64,000 nt of DNA from Leucoraja erinacea (taxonomy: Eukaryota): NCBI RefSeq assembly GCF_028641065.1, contig NC_073405.1, forward strand, positions 6,572,001-6,636,000. The letters are read 5' to 3'. A program made the position numbers and the translations under genes. Positions 24,042-35,115 of this stretch are shown here, in pieces. The first letter of the stretch is position 1. Each line of letters begins with the position of its first letter. The notes beneath the pieces were generated by a model, which saw only the letters and a program-made list of their open reading frames with translations, was not told the origin of the DNA and ran no database searches.

Positions 24042-25413
24042 AGGTTGTTGTTCTGTAGCTTTCTGGCAAGCGAGTCTGCTCTCATTGTGTTTTCATTTTT
24101 CTTAATAACATGAAGTGCATACTTAACTCTAGCATTGGTGCGTTTTTTCATATCTAGCAATACCCCCTGTCTAGGCCTACCTGCCTCTGACCAGAGTCTA
24201 AAGGCCTCTCTTGCCCCAGCGTACTGCTCAGCCACAAACTCATTCCACCCAGGTCTAATGTTGGGTACCTTACATTTACTTTTACGAAAGGGTTCACTGG
24301 AAGCATTGAGACATTTCACAATAACATCATACATGGCATTCATGCTGAGCAACTTACCCGTGGCATAGGTGGTGATTGGCAGTCACCGAGGTACGTTGTT
24401 GAGTAGAGTGACAGCCGCCGGAAAGAAGCTGTTCCTCGACCTGCTGGTTCGACCTGCTGGTTCGCGACCACCAGTCCCGATTATGCCGGTCTTCTTTCCC
24501 ACATGTCTCACTGGGGTTTTTACAGTGCGAGGTGTAGGGCGTTGATGGACAAGGTTCTCAGGTACCTGCTTCAGTCGGCGCCCTGCCTTCACCACCATGC
24601 TCCATGGGGGGGTCTGCGTTCGTCCCAGGGCTGGATCTACAGGCTGGGCTGGTTGTCTACCGTTGGTCCCGCCAGGCGTTGCTGTCAACCATCCATTAAC
24701 CACAGAGGGAGCGCAGGGGGCAGGGTCAGCGCCCGGCGGCAACTCCATCACAGTCGAGGAAAGACCTGTCGCACTGGGCGCAGGGCCCGGTTGTATCTCC
24801 ACAGCAGGGAGGCAGGCAGCCGAGAAAGTAGCGTCCGGGCCACAACCCCCCTCCACAGCAGTCAGACGGCCGTCGAGTTTAGCAGAGACCTCCCGCAATG
24901 TTTCACAGGCAGCTACCTGAGTTCCCATAGTCCTTTTTAGGTAGTCAATGTCAGCATTGATTTGTTGCATTTTCCCAGAGGAGCGCAGACACATCAATGT
25001 GTTTAAATGAGACGGGGGGGGGGGGGGGGGGGGGGGTAATTCATCCAGGAAGTGCGATACAAATCTTGGGATCTCTTCACCGCACTCATTAAGCACTTGC
25101 GGGCACATTTTTGACATTGTTAATGTCCTTCTTTTGTCCCCTGTAGGAGATCATTCGTTTGTTGTGTGGAAAGAGTTCTGACAAAACTGCCTTGGAGGAC
25201 TCAATCCGCTCGGAGCTAAAACTGCTCGTAACTATCAACGCAATATCATCGTGGCTTAGTGTTTGCATTTTGATCATAATAAAATTCACCAATTCATCCT
25301 TGACTATGGCTCTACCGTCTTCAGTATGGTAAACCTCCGGTTTAATTCGCGAAAACTCTCGAGAAAACTCCCCCACACCACGCCGTGCTGCTGCACCGGC
25401 CACCATCTTGAAG

Positions 25414-25550
25414 AAATGTAAATGTAAAAATTGTCCCTAGTGTGTGTGTGTGTGTGTGTAGGATAGTGTTAATATGTGGGGATCGCTGGTCGGCATGGAC
25501 CCGGTGAGCCGAAGGGCCTGTTTCCACGTTGTATCTCTAAAACTAAAACT
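25414..25550 (+). mobile_element. 3' half of the HE1/V-SINE split by the RTE-X-like LINE
   Basis: AAATGTAAAAATTGTCCCTAG…GAAGGGCCTGTTTCC…CTAAAACT continues the SINE consensus broken at 17284. Confidence 0.7.
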
Positions 25551-25786
25551 ACAAAAATTGCCCCTGAACTGTGAGTCTGCTAAACATGGATCACTGTGCT
25601 GGATCTGGAGCCTTGTGTAAACCAGATAGAACGAGGTTGAAGGCCCTGAGAGAACCAGACAGACCTCTACCACAATCTACAGCATTTCACTGAGAGCATT
25701 TAATTCCATTTATTTATTCACCTGAAGTTATTTCCCCAGTTGCAATGCTGCAATTCAAAGACATGCTTCTAAGCACATGGTACATC

Positions 25787-26425
25787 AATAGACAATAGGT
25801 GCAGGAGGCCATTCGGCCCTTCGAGCCAGCACCGCCATTCACTGTGATCATGGCTGATCATCCACAATCAGTACCCCGTTCCTGCTCTTCTCCCCATGTC
25901 CACTGACTCCGTCCGCTATCTTTAAGAGCTCAATCTAACTCTCTCTTGGAAGCATCCAGAGAATTGGCCTCCACTGCCTTCTGAGGCAGAGAAATCCGCA
26001 GATTCACAACTCTGTGTGTGAAAAGTTTTTCCTCATCTCTGTTCTACATGTTTAAGAAGGAACTGCAGATGCTGGAAAAATCGAAGGTAGACAAAAGTGC
26101 TGGAGAAACTCAGCGGGTGCGGCAGCATCCATGGAGCGAAGGAAATAGGCAACGTTTCGGGCCGAAACCCTTCTTCAGACCGTTCTAAATGGCTTACCCC
26201 TTATTCTTAAATGGTGGCACCTGGTTCTGACTCCCCCAACATCGGGAACATATTTCCTGCCTCTAGCGTGTCCAAGCCCTTAATAATCTTAAATGTTTCA
26301 ATAAGATTCCCTCTCATCCTTCTAAATTCCAGAGTGTACAAGCCCAGCCACTCCATTCTATCTACATATGACAGTCCCGCCATCCCGGGAATGATCCTTG
26401 TGAACCTACGCTGCACTCCCTCAAT
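25787..26425 (-). mobile_element. CR1 LINE 3' fragment with a nested Penelope pLTR remnant (about 26048-26180)
   Basis: IEGVQRRFTRIIPGMAGLSY…LGLYTLEFRRMRG; (CTATTGT)n tail; GTTCTA duplicated around the nested insert. Confidence 0.8.
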
Positions 26426-26740
26426 AGATGTAAAAAACTTCCCTTTATTAGCCTTGCATCTGCAGAAAATTAAATCCAGCGCAATAAAAGTCACTGGGAA
26501 GAATTGGGAGGCCCACGAGCTGAGACCAGCAGGAGGGGCAGCTCTGGATGTGGTTTCCGAATGCTTCTGCGAGCTGTGAGATAAGATGCAGTGTGATTGC
26601 AAGGAAAGGGAAGGTTTCCCACGTGCAGTCTCACTGTAACCTCCCACGATAAGTAGGCGAGAGGCACAAATAAAGACGCTCGCCTCAGTTTATTCAGAGC
26701 GAAGGGGATCTCCGACAGGGAGCTGCGTTGATCTGCACCA

Positions 26741-26822
26741 ATGGTCTGGACCCAACCCTCCTGCACTTTCCTTGTCTCAATTCTTTTCCTCCTCTGTGCA
26801 GCATTCTGCTCCTCACAGGAAG
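26741..26822 (+). CDS. PAR-like copy 3, exon 1 (signal peptide MVWTQPSCTFLVSILFLLCAAFCSSQE-)
   Basis: ATG in CCAATGG, 27 codons + 1 nt (same 82-nt length as copy 2 exon 1), hydrophobic core, donor AG|GTAAGA at 26823, phase 1. Confidence 0.8.
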
Positions 26823-27149
26823 GTAAGACTGTATGTTGATGTTTCCGACATCTGTGTTCTCACGCTTCACACTGTCGGGAGAAGATTCTCTATCTTCCTG
26901 TTTAGGTCCCTGCTCAGGAGCTGAAATCGGTTCAAACTTCACCAGCTGAAGTTGGAGGGCAAGGTCACGCCACCCAAGGCCACGTTTACCCGAAAACTAA
27001 ACTTTTCCTCAAGTAACTTGTGTCGAACCACTGTGTTTCCCCCAAGTGCTGCACAGAATAAGTAAATGGCATGAAAGTTAGATGCAAGTTGATGGGTGTG
27101 GTGGACTCGGTGTATCGAAGGGCCTGTTTCTGCGTTGTATATCTACCTT

Positions 27150-27692
27150 AATTCCACGACTATACTCGATGGTGAGAGTTGGAGGGAGCTTAACCTCATA
27201 TCTAACCTGCGCTGTCCGTCCCCTAGAGTGTTTGATGGAACAGTGTCGAGGCAGTTTCACTGGCAGTGGATGCTTTCAAGAGCGAGCTAGATAGGTCTCT
27301 TAAAAATTGCGGAGTCAGCGTATATGAGGAGAAGGCAGGAACGGGGTACTGATTGGGGATGATCAGCCATGATCACATTGAATGGCGGTGCTGGCTCGAA
27401 GGGCCGAATGGCCTACTCCTGCACCTATTGTCTATTGTCTATTGTCACTCTCTGCCTAATTATATTGTCCCTGCTCCGGGAGTGTTTGATGGGACTATCT
27501 AGAGGGAGCTTTACCCGAAACACATTCCCTGCCCTACAAATCTCTGATGGGATTATTCTGGGAGGCCATTACCTTATATTGAGCCAGTGTGTAACTGAAA
27601 GGCTTAATGGGTTAAATGCTTAACGTAGAGAGGGCTTCAAACTATGGTTAACCTGTGCTGTCCCTGATCTGGGAGTGTATGATGGGACCAGT
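27150..27692 (+). repeat. Degenerate GGGAGTGTTTGATGGGAC…GAGGGAGCTTTAC minisatellite-like repeat, interrupted by a CR1 tail
   Basis: Related units near 27180-27262, 27468-27515 and 27625-27692. Confidence 0.45.
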
Positions 27693-28661
27693 ATTGTTTA
27701 GTTGAATTTTTCTTTAGTTTAGAGATAGGGTGCGCAAATAGACCCTTCGGCCCACCGAGTCTGTGCGGACCAACAGTCCCCGCACACTAGCACTAACGTA
27801 CACCCCAGTGGCAAATTACAATCTTTACAGAAGCCAAATTAACCTACAAACCGGTAGGTCTTTGGAGTGTGAGAGGGAAACGGAACACCCGGCGAAAACG
27901 CGCGCGGTCAGGCGAAAAACGCGCAAACTCCGCACAGACAGCACCTCTAGTCAGGATCGAACCCGGGTGTCTGGTGCTGTAAGGCAGCAACTCTACCGCT
28001 GCGCCACCGTGCCGCCCCAAAGGGAGGATCTTTATCCTGCGATGAAGTGCCCTGAGCAGGTTTGATGTTGACCTTCCTATTCTTAGAGTCAGCGCTCCTG
28101 GATCCAAGGGAATGCATCCCAGATGCCTCCGTAACGATCTTAGTGCAGAATGTCGGGACATAGAGGGATTGTAGAAGACATAAATCAGTGTTTCATTTAG
28201 TTTAGAGGCACAACATGGAAACAGGCCCTTCAGCCCACTGCGTCCATGCTGACCCGTGGTCACCCGTACACTAGTTCTATCCTGCGTACTGGAGACAATG
28301 TGTACAGAAGCCAATTGATCTACAAGCTTGCTCATCTTTGGTGTGTGGGAGGGAACCCGACCCTTATAAAACCCACGCGGTCACAGGTAACGTATAAACT
28401 CTGTACAGCCAGAACACCACCTGGGTTCTATCCTGACCACGCGTGCTGCCTGTACGGAGTTTGCATGTGTTCTCCCTGTGACCTCGTGGGTTTTCTCTAG
28501 GTGTTCCGGTTTCCTCCCACATTCCAAAGACGTGCGGGGCTAGCGAGGGTTTCTGTAAATTGTCCCTAGTGTGTAGGATGTTTCCACGTTGTATCTCTAA
28601 ATCAAACTAGAGCAGGAAATGGAATTTTAAATGCAACATGAATTTCCCTTTGTCTGTCTAG

Positions 28662-29710
28662 AAAGCTCAGGAGATGATGGCAGGGGAAGAAGTCTCGTCT
28701 ATGTTAATAGTCCAACAAATGGACGTTCCAAGGTCATTGAGGGAGTGTTGGATAAAACCGCCAAGTATTACTTGACCACGGCTATTACAACGACCGTGAT
28801 CCCTTCTCTCTATATCATGGTCTTCACCTTTGGCCTCGCAGCTAATGGGTTGGCTCTGATCAATCTCATCATCAATATCCAGCGGATGCCCTCCACCATC
28901 TTCCTGATGAACCTGGCGACGGCCGACCTCCTCCTGATCCTGGCGCTGCCCTTTAAAATCCACTATCACTTCCAGGGCAACAACTGGGTCTTCGGCGAAG
29001 CTCTGTGTCGGACGGTGACCGCCTTCTTCTACGGCAACATGTACTGCTCCGTCCTCCTCCTCACCTTCATCAGCATCGACAGGTACTGTGCCCTGGTCCA
29101 CCCGTTCTACTCCAAGCGCTTCAGGGACAATAGGTTTGCTGCGGCGACCTGCTTGGTCATCTGGGCTCTCGTTGGGCTCTCTGTCATACCCTTTCTCCTC
29201 CAGAGACAGGTGTACCCATCCAAGGAGTTGAACATCACAACCTGCCATGACGTCTTGCCCGAAGACATACAGCATGGCTACTTCTTCTACTACTTTGTGT
29301 GCTTGGTTGTCTTTGAGTTCCTCATTCCCTGCCTTATAACTATATTCTGTTATGTATCTGTCATCAAAACACTGATGGCCAAGAGTGACAAATATATCAA
29401 AGCAATAAGGGCCATAATCCTAGTGCTGGTGGTCTATGTGGTCTGCTTTGCTCCTAGTAACATCATCTTGCTCATCCATTTCTCCCAGTTTCACCTGGTG
29501 GGGAACAATCACCTGTATTTGTGTTACGCCATCTGCCTTGTATTCAGCACCCTCAACAGTTGTATAGACCCCTTCATTTATTACTATACGTCTGATGAGT
29601 TTCGCCACAGTGTGAGAAGCATTATTTCTTTTCGGAAGGAGAAGAGAAGTGAGGATTCCAGGAAAACCATTATCCGTGTAGATTGCACATCGACATCAAA
29701 GACAGTTTAG
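28662..29710 (+). CDS. PAR-like copy 3, 7TM exon (ESSGDDGRGR|SLVYVN...)
   Basis: Acceptor TTTCCCTTTGTCTGTCTAG ending 28661, phase 1. Intact 7TM with DRY, ITTCHDVL, CFAPSN and DPFIYY. The stop codon lies in a SINE tail. Confidence 0.92.
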
Positions 29711-30010
29711 TTTAGTTTAGAGATGCAGCATGGAAACAGGCCCACTGCACCGACCAGCGACCCCCCACACATTAATACAACCCTACACACGCACTAGGGG
29801 CAAGCTTACATTTCACACCAAGCCAATTAACCCGCAAACCTGCACGTCTTTGGAGTGTGGGAGGGAAGCAAAGATCTCGGGGGGGGAAACCCACGCAGGT
29901 GGCGGGGAGAACGTACACACTCCGACAGACAGTCATCCGTAGTCAGGATTGAACCCGGATCTCTGGCGCTGTAAGGCAGTAGCTCGACCACTGCACCAAC
30001 CATGCCGCCC
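29705..30010 (-). mobile_element. HE1/V-SINE inserted into the last codons of PAR copy 3
   Basis: The (GTTTA)n tail begins at 29705 and the head ends at 30010. GACA is duplicated at 29701-29704 and 30011-30014. Confidence 0.8.
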
Positions 30011-30707
30011 GACATTGGCATCTTAGAGGGAGAGATCTAACTGGAACAAACGCAAAACGGTTTGGATCCGGAGAAACTATTGGGTTCGATAGGGAATTCA
30101 AGGAGATGTGAATGAAATAAAGCCATGGAAAGATCAGCTTTTTGTTTATTAATAGAGACATTGAATACAAGAACACAGAGGGAATGTATACAACATGTTG
30201 CCTGGGTGACAATTTGGTGATGCTGTCTAGTAACGGGCTTCATTGTTGAGAGAATATCAAAGCAAGAAGATGCCCGCAATGCTTGCTGCAATATTTGGGA
30301 AGCTGAAGCAAATATCGGATTGCTATAGAATTTTGGGAACATCGAAGGTCTTGGGATTAGCTTTGGAAATGCACAAGCATTGAAAAGAGCAGTGGTCTCA
30401 GTCTGGAACTGATACAAGGCCATTTGGAGAAAGGATATTTTGGGGATTAATATTTGGGGCGGGAGGGGTTAGGGCTTTGAGATAAGCTTTAATTTTGAAT
30501 AAGGGCTAAAGCTGATTAGGGGCTATAGAGAGAGAGGGTAATAGGGTTTGTTTGGTGTGGTTCTAGGCCACTGCCATGCGGTGAACCTATTCACTTCTAA
30601 CTTCATACTTTTAAATTGGCCATAGCTACATTCATTTGTCATGTTAGCTACTAGCAGCAGTCTGATATATTTCTTTCCTGTAATTCTTCCAGAATGCTTT
30701 CTGAACT

Positions 30708-31300
30708 TAGAGCCATACAGCGTGGAAACAGGCCCTTCGGCCCAGCTTTCCAAAGCCGACCAACATGTCCCATCTACACAAGTGTCACCTACCTACGTTT
30801 GTCCCTTATCCCTCTAATCCTATCCAATCCATGTACCTGTTTGAATGTTTCTTAAACGTTGCAATAGTACCAGTCTCAATCACCTCCCTCCACAGCTCAT
30901 TCCATACACCAACAACCCTTTCGACGTCACACCTCAGGCTCCTATTAAATCTTTCCCCACTTACCTTAAATCTATGCCCTCTGGCTCTCGATTTCCTTAC
31001 TCTGGGCAAGAGACTCTCATGACTTTATTCACATCTATAAGATCGCCCCTCATGCTCCTGCGCTCCATGGAATAAAGCCCTAGCTGACTCATGCTCTCCC
31101 TATAGCTCAGGCCCTCTAGTCCTGGCAACATCCTCGTGAATCTTCTCTGCATCTTTTCCAGCTTGACAACATCTTTCCCAGAACACGGTGATCGAAACTG
31201 AACGCAATACTTTATATGTGGCCTCACCAACGTCTTATACAACTGCAACGTGACCTCCCAACTTCTACACTCAATACTCTTGAGACTGATGAAGGCCAAT
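30708..31300 (-). mobile_element. CR1 LINE 3' fragment (older subfamily)
   Basis: QLYKTLVRPHIKYCVQFRSP…RRFTRMLPGLEGLSY and RGHRFKVSGERF. Confidence 0.75.
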
Positions 31301-31361
31301 CTGTCGAAGGCCTTTTTGGTTAGCGTCGAGCAAAGAGAGTCTGTAAGTGATCATGGAAAAT

Positions 31362-31400
<39 letters not shown>

Positions 31401-33297
31401 AAGAGAGTAGGATAAAAAATAGAGTGCAGCAAAAATGAGGAGCAAAGAATCACAATTTCAGGACATCAGGAAAATGAGGTTCCATTTATCCAACTACCAA
31501 CAAGGCATGTTTCATCATTATTCCTTACATTCCCTCGATCTAATAACTCACACACTCTCCCTTACACAGTACAAACACACAATGTGCAGGAAGGAACTGC
31601 AGATGCTGGTTTACACCGGAGATAGTCCGAAGAAGGGTCTCGACCCGAAAAATCACCCATTCCTTCTACTCCAGCGATGCTGCCTGTCCCGCTGAGTTAC
31701 TCCAGCGTTTTGTGCCTAGACACATGAACACTGCTGTCTGAAACTGAGGAAAAGTGAAGCTGAGAGAATCTCAATGGCTTAAAGCTCTTGCGATGCAAAT
31801 GGATTTAACATCACACCAGATACATTTATTTCTTCCCAAACACTCCCTTTATCAGATTGTTATTATATTTTATATTAAATTACATTCTATTTTCATAAAA
31901 TGTATTTAGCCAAAGTTTGTATTTTCTAATGCTAACAGGTGCTTTCTCACTTTATGTAAAAGCTATTGTCCTGTGGTATTAATAAATGACTCTCATATCC
32001 ATTTCTCTCCTGTAATATTGCATCATTAACATTATTTGGTGCCATGGTGGTGCAGCGGTAGAGTTACCTTGCTGTGCCAGAGACCCGGGTTCGATCCAGA
32101 CTACGGGTGCTGTCTGTACGGAGTTTGTACGTTCTCCCCGTGACCACATGGGTTTTCTCCGGGATGCTCTGGTTTCAATAGACAATAGACAATAGGTGCA
32201 GGAGTAGGCCATTCGGCCCTTCGAGCCAGCACCGCCATTCAATGTGATCATGGCTGATCATCCCCAATCAGTACCCCGTTCCTGCCTTCTCCCCATATCC
32301 CCTGACACCGCTATCTTTAAGAGCCCTATCTAGCTCTCTCTTGAAAGTAGAAGTTTCCTCCCACACTCCAAAGACGTGCAGGCTTGTAGGTTAATTGGCT
32401 TCGGTAAAAAGATTGTAAATTGTCCGTAGTGGGTAGGGTAGTGCAAGTGTACGGGGTGATCGCTGGTCGGCGTGGACTCGGTGGGCCGAAGGGCCTGCCT
32501 CCGCCTTTAATCTCTAAACTAAACTAAATTATTTCTGTACAGTTTTCAGTGAGGTTGAGGGTAATTCCACCCTCACTGGTGACGTTCAGAGTGAGTTCAG
32601 CTGAACAACATGTTCAGCTGACGGCTTCTATAAAAAGAATGGTGAATCAACAGAAGCCAAAGCTTGGGAAGGACTGAACATTCTCAATAGCATTCCATTG
32701 ATTAATGATGGGAGATTTACATTGCTGATAAACAAAGTTTGATTTACTGAAATTGCGATGGGCTGATATTCTAGATCAAGCCCAGGACTCGTAACAGTAC
32801 ACCGCGGTGTGGCACGGTGGCGCAGCGGTAGATCAGGGTTCGATCCCGACTACGGGTGCTGTCCGTACGGAATTTGTACGTGGGTTTTCTCCGAGATCGC
32901 CAGTTTCAAAGGTTTCAATGGTCTTTTATCGTCACGTACCAATTAAGGTACAGTGATATTCATATTACCATACAGCCATACTAAAAAAAAGCAACAAGGC
33001 ACACAACTACATAAAAGCTAACATAAACATCCACCACAGCGGATTCCCCACAATCCTCACTGTGATGAAAGGCAATTAAGTCTAATCTTCTTCCCTCATT
33101 TTTCTTCCGCGGCCGGGGCAGTCAAACCATCTGTCGGAGCGGTCGAAGCTCCCAAGGCTTGGAGCTCCCAAAGCCTGTCTCCAGAAATGGCCGCCAGCTC
33201 CACGATGTTAGGCCGCAGTGCGGACGGAGATACGACACGGAAAAAAAAAATCCAATCTCAGTCGAGAAAGGAGATTAAGTTAGTTTCCCCCCCCCCC

Positions 33298-33330
<33 letters not shown>

Positions 33331-33805
33331 ACCCCCCACATAAAACCAGCTAAAGAACACTAAAACATACATTTAACTCGTACTATAAAACAACAGAGAA
33401 CGAAGGGACAAACAGACTGTTGGCGAGGCAGCCATTGCTGGCGCCACCTGGTGGTTTCCTCCCACACTCCAAAGACTTACAGGATTGTACGTTAATGTAA
33501 TTGGTACAAAGGTAAAATTGTCCTAAGCGTGTAGGGTAGCATTAATGTGCGGGGATCGCTGGTCGGCGCGGATTTAGTGGGCCGAATGGCTTGTTTCCCC
33601 GCTGTATCTCTAAACTAAACCACACCCTTCAACCCACAATGTCCATTGCAAACATGATGCCAAGATAAACTAATCTCCTCTGCCTGTACTGTACATAATC
33701 CATATTAATCCATTCCTTGCGTGTGCCTACCTAAACGTTTTAAACGCCACTATCGTATATGCCTTCACCACCACCCTTGGCCCACGCCCTCACGGTGTAA
33801 CAAAC

Positions 33806-34068
33806 CTGCCCTGGCAACTCTGCTCTGGCATCTCTGCCCTGGCAACTCTGCTCTGGCATCTCTGCCCTGGCAACTCTGCTCTGGCATCTCTGCCCTGGCA
33901 TCTCTGCCCTGGCAACTCTGCTCTGGCATCTCTGCCCTGGCATCTCTGCCCTGGCATCTCTGTTCTGGCATCTCTGCCCTGGCATCTCTGCTCTGGCATC
34001 TCTGCTCTGGCATCTCTGTTCTGGCATCTCTGCTCTGGTATCTCTGCTCTGGCAACTCTGCTCTGGCA
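33806..34068. repeat. 14-bp minisatellite (CTGGCAWCTCTGCY)n, about 19 copies
   Basis: Direct tandem periodicity; it produces the spurious overlapping ORFs at 33721-34257. Confidence 0.92.
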
Positions 34069-34762
34069 CCTCCTTTTAACTTTGCCTCTCTTGCCTTAAA
34101 ACTATCCCCTCTGATATTTCCACCCTGGGGAAATGTTCTGACTGTCTACCCTATCTATGCCTCGCATAATTTTAAATACCGTACTTCTATCAGTTCTCTG
34201 CCGAACCTCCGACGTTCCAACGGAAACAAACCAAATTTGTGCAACCTCTTCTTATAGCTAATACCCGCTAATCTAGGCATCATTCTGGTAAAACTCTTCT
34301 GCATCCTCTCCACAGCTTCCACATCCTTCCTGTTTGGGGGGGACCAGAACTGCAGGGAATATTCCAAATACAGCAGTTAATCTGCCAGCACCTACAGCCC
34401 TTTCTAATTTGAATGGAAGTAATGACGGCATTTAGTCCTGGGTCCCATAGATAAAACAGAAAATATGACGAGAAACAATGAAACAATGAAACAATTAAAA
34501 TATTCGACCGGTCATGCGGCATCTGCGGGAAAAAGAGACAAGAAGTAATTTATTTTATTTTGTTTCTAGTTCAGTCTGAAGAAGGGGCTTGACCCGAAAT
34601 GTCGCCCATGCCTCCTATCCATAGATGCTGCCTCACCCACTGAGTTACTCCGGAATTTTGTGTCTACTAGTTATTTTTTAAAGTTTTGTTTAATTTAGAG
34701 ATACAGCGTGGAATTAAGTCCTTCGCTGACCATGATCCCCCCCCCCCCCCCACACACCACAC

Positions 34763-34920
34763 NNNNNNNNNNNNNNNNNNNNNNNNNNNNNNNNNNNNNN
34801 NNNNNNNNNNNNNNNNNNNNNNNNNNNNNNNNNNNNNNNNNNNNNNNNNNNNNNNNNNNNNNNNNNNNNNNNNNNNNNNNNNNNNNNNNNNNNNNNNNNN
34901 NNNNNNNNNNNNNNNNNNNN
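34763..34920. other. Assembly gap (N run)
   Basis: Run of N. Confidence 1.
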
Positions 34921-34983
34921 CGTACAGGATCAAACACATGTCTCTTGTCACTGACACACACACACACACAAAGATATGATACA

Positions 34984-35115
34984 NNNNNNNNNNNNNNNNN
35001 NNNNNNNNNNNNNNNNNNNNNNNNNNNNNNNNNNNNNNNNNNNNNNNNNNNNNNNNNNNNNNNNNNNNNNNNNNNNNNNNNNNNNNNNNNNNNNNNNNNN
35101 NNNNNNNNNNNNNNN
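34984..35115. other. Assembly gap (N run)
   Basis: Run of N. Confidence 1.

Larger units (their letters stand above)
17284..25413 (-). mobile_element. RTE-X-like non-LTR retrotransposon (ORF1 + ORF2 RT), disrupted by insertions and by loss of the endonuclease region
   Basis: ORF1 at 24383-25406 (KDELVNFI…SKAVL…PRFV…LDELP); ORF2 pieces at 23945-24352, 23580-23710, 18251-18840 and 17270-18181 with NYRPIALAS, FIDASKAFD, QGGILSP and YADD; (ATT)n-like tail at 17284-17296. The clade call rests on recalled C-terminal and ORF1 patterns. Confidence 0.75.

Noticed and set aside
28667-29275. Antisense ORFs over each PAR gene (also 2819-3118, 14072-14476, 49906-50364, 57234-57536) with similar sequences
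   Set aside because: They are shadows of GC3-rich codons in the homogenised core, with no independent domain or splice signals.
33721-34257. Repetitive ORFs on both strands; possible CRISPR-like array
   Set aside because: Head-to-tail 14-bp minisatellite with no spacers, in eukaryotic DNA.
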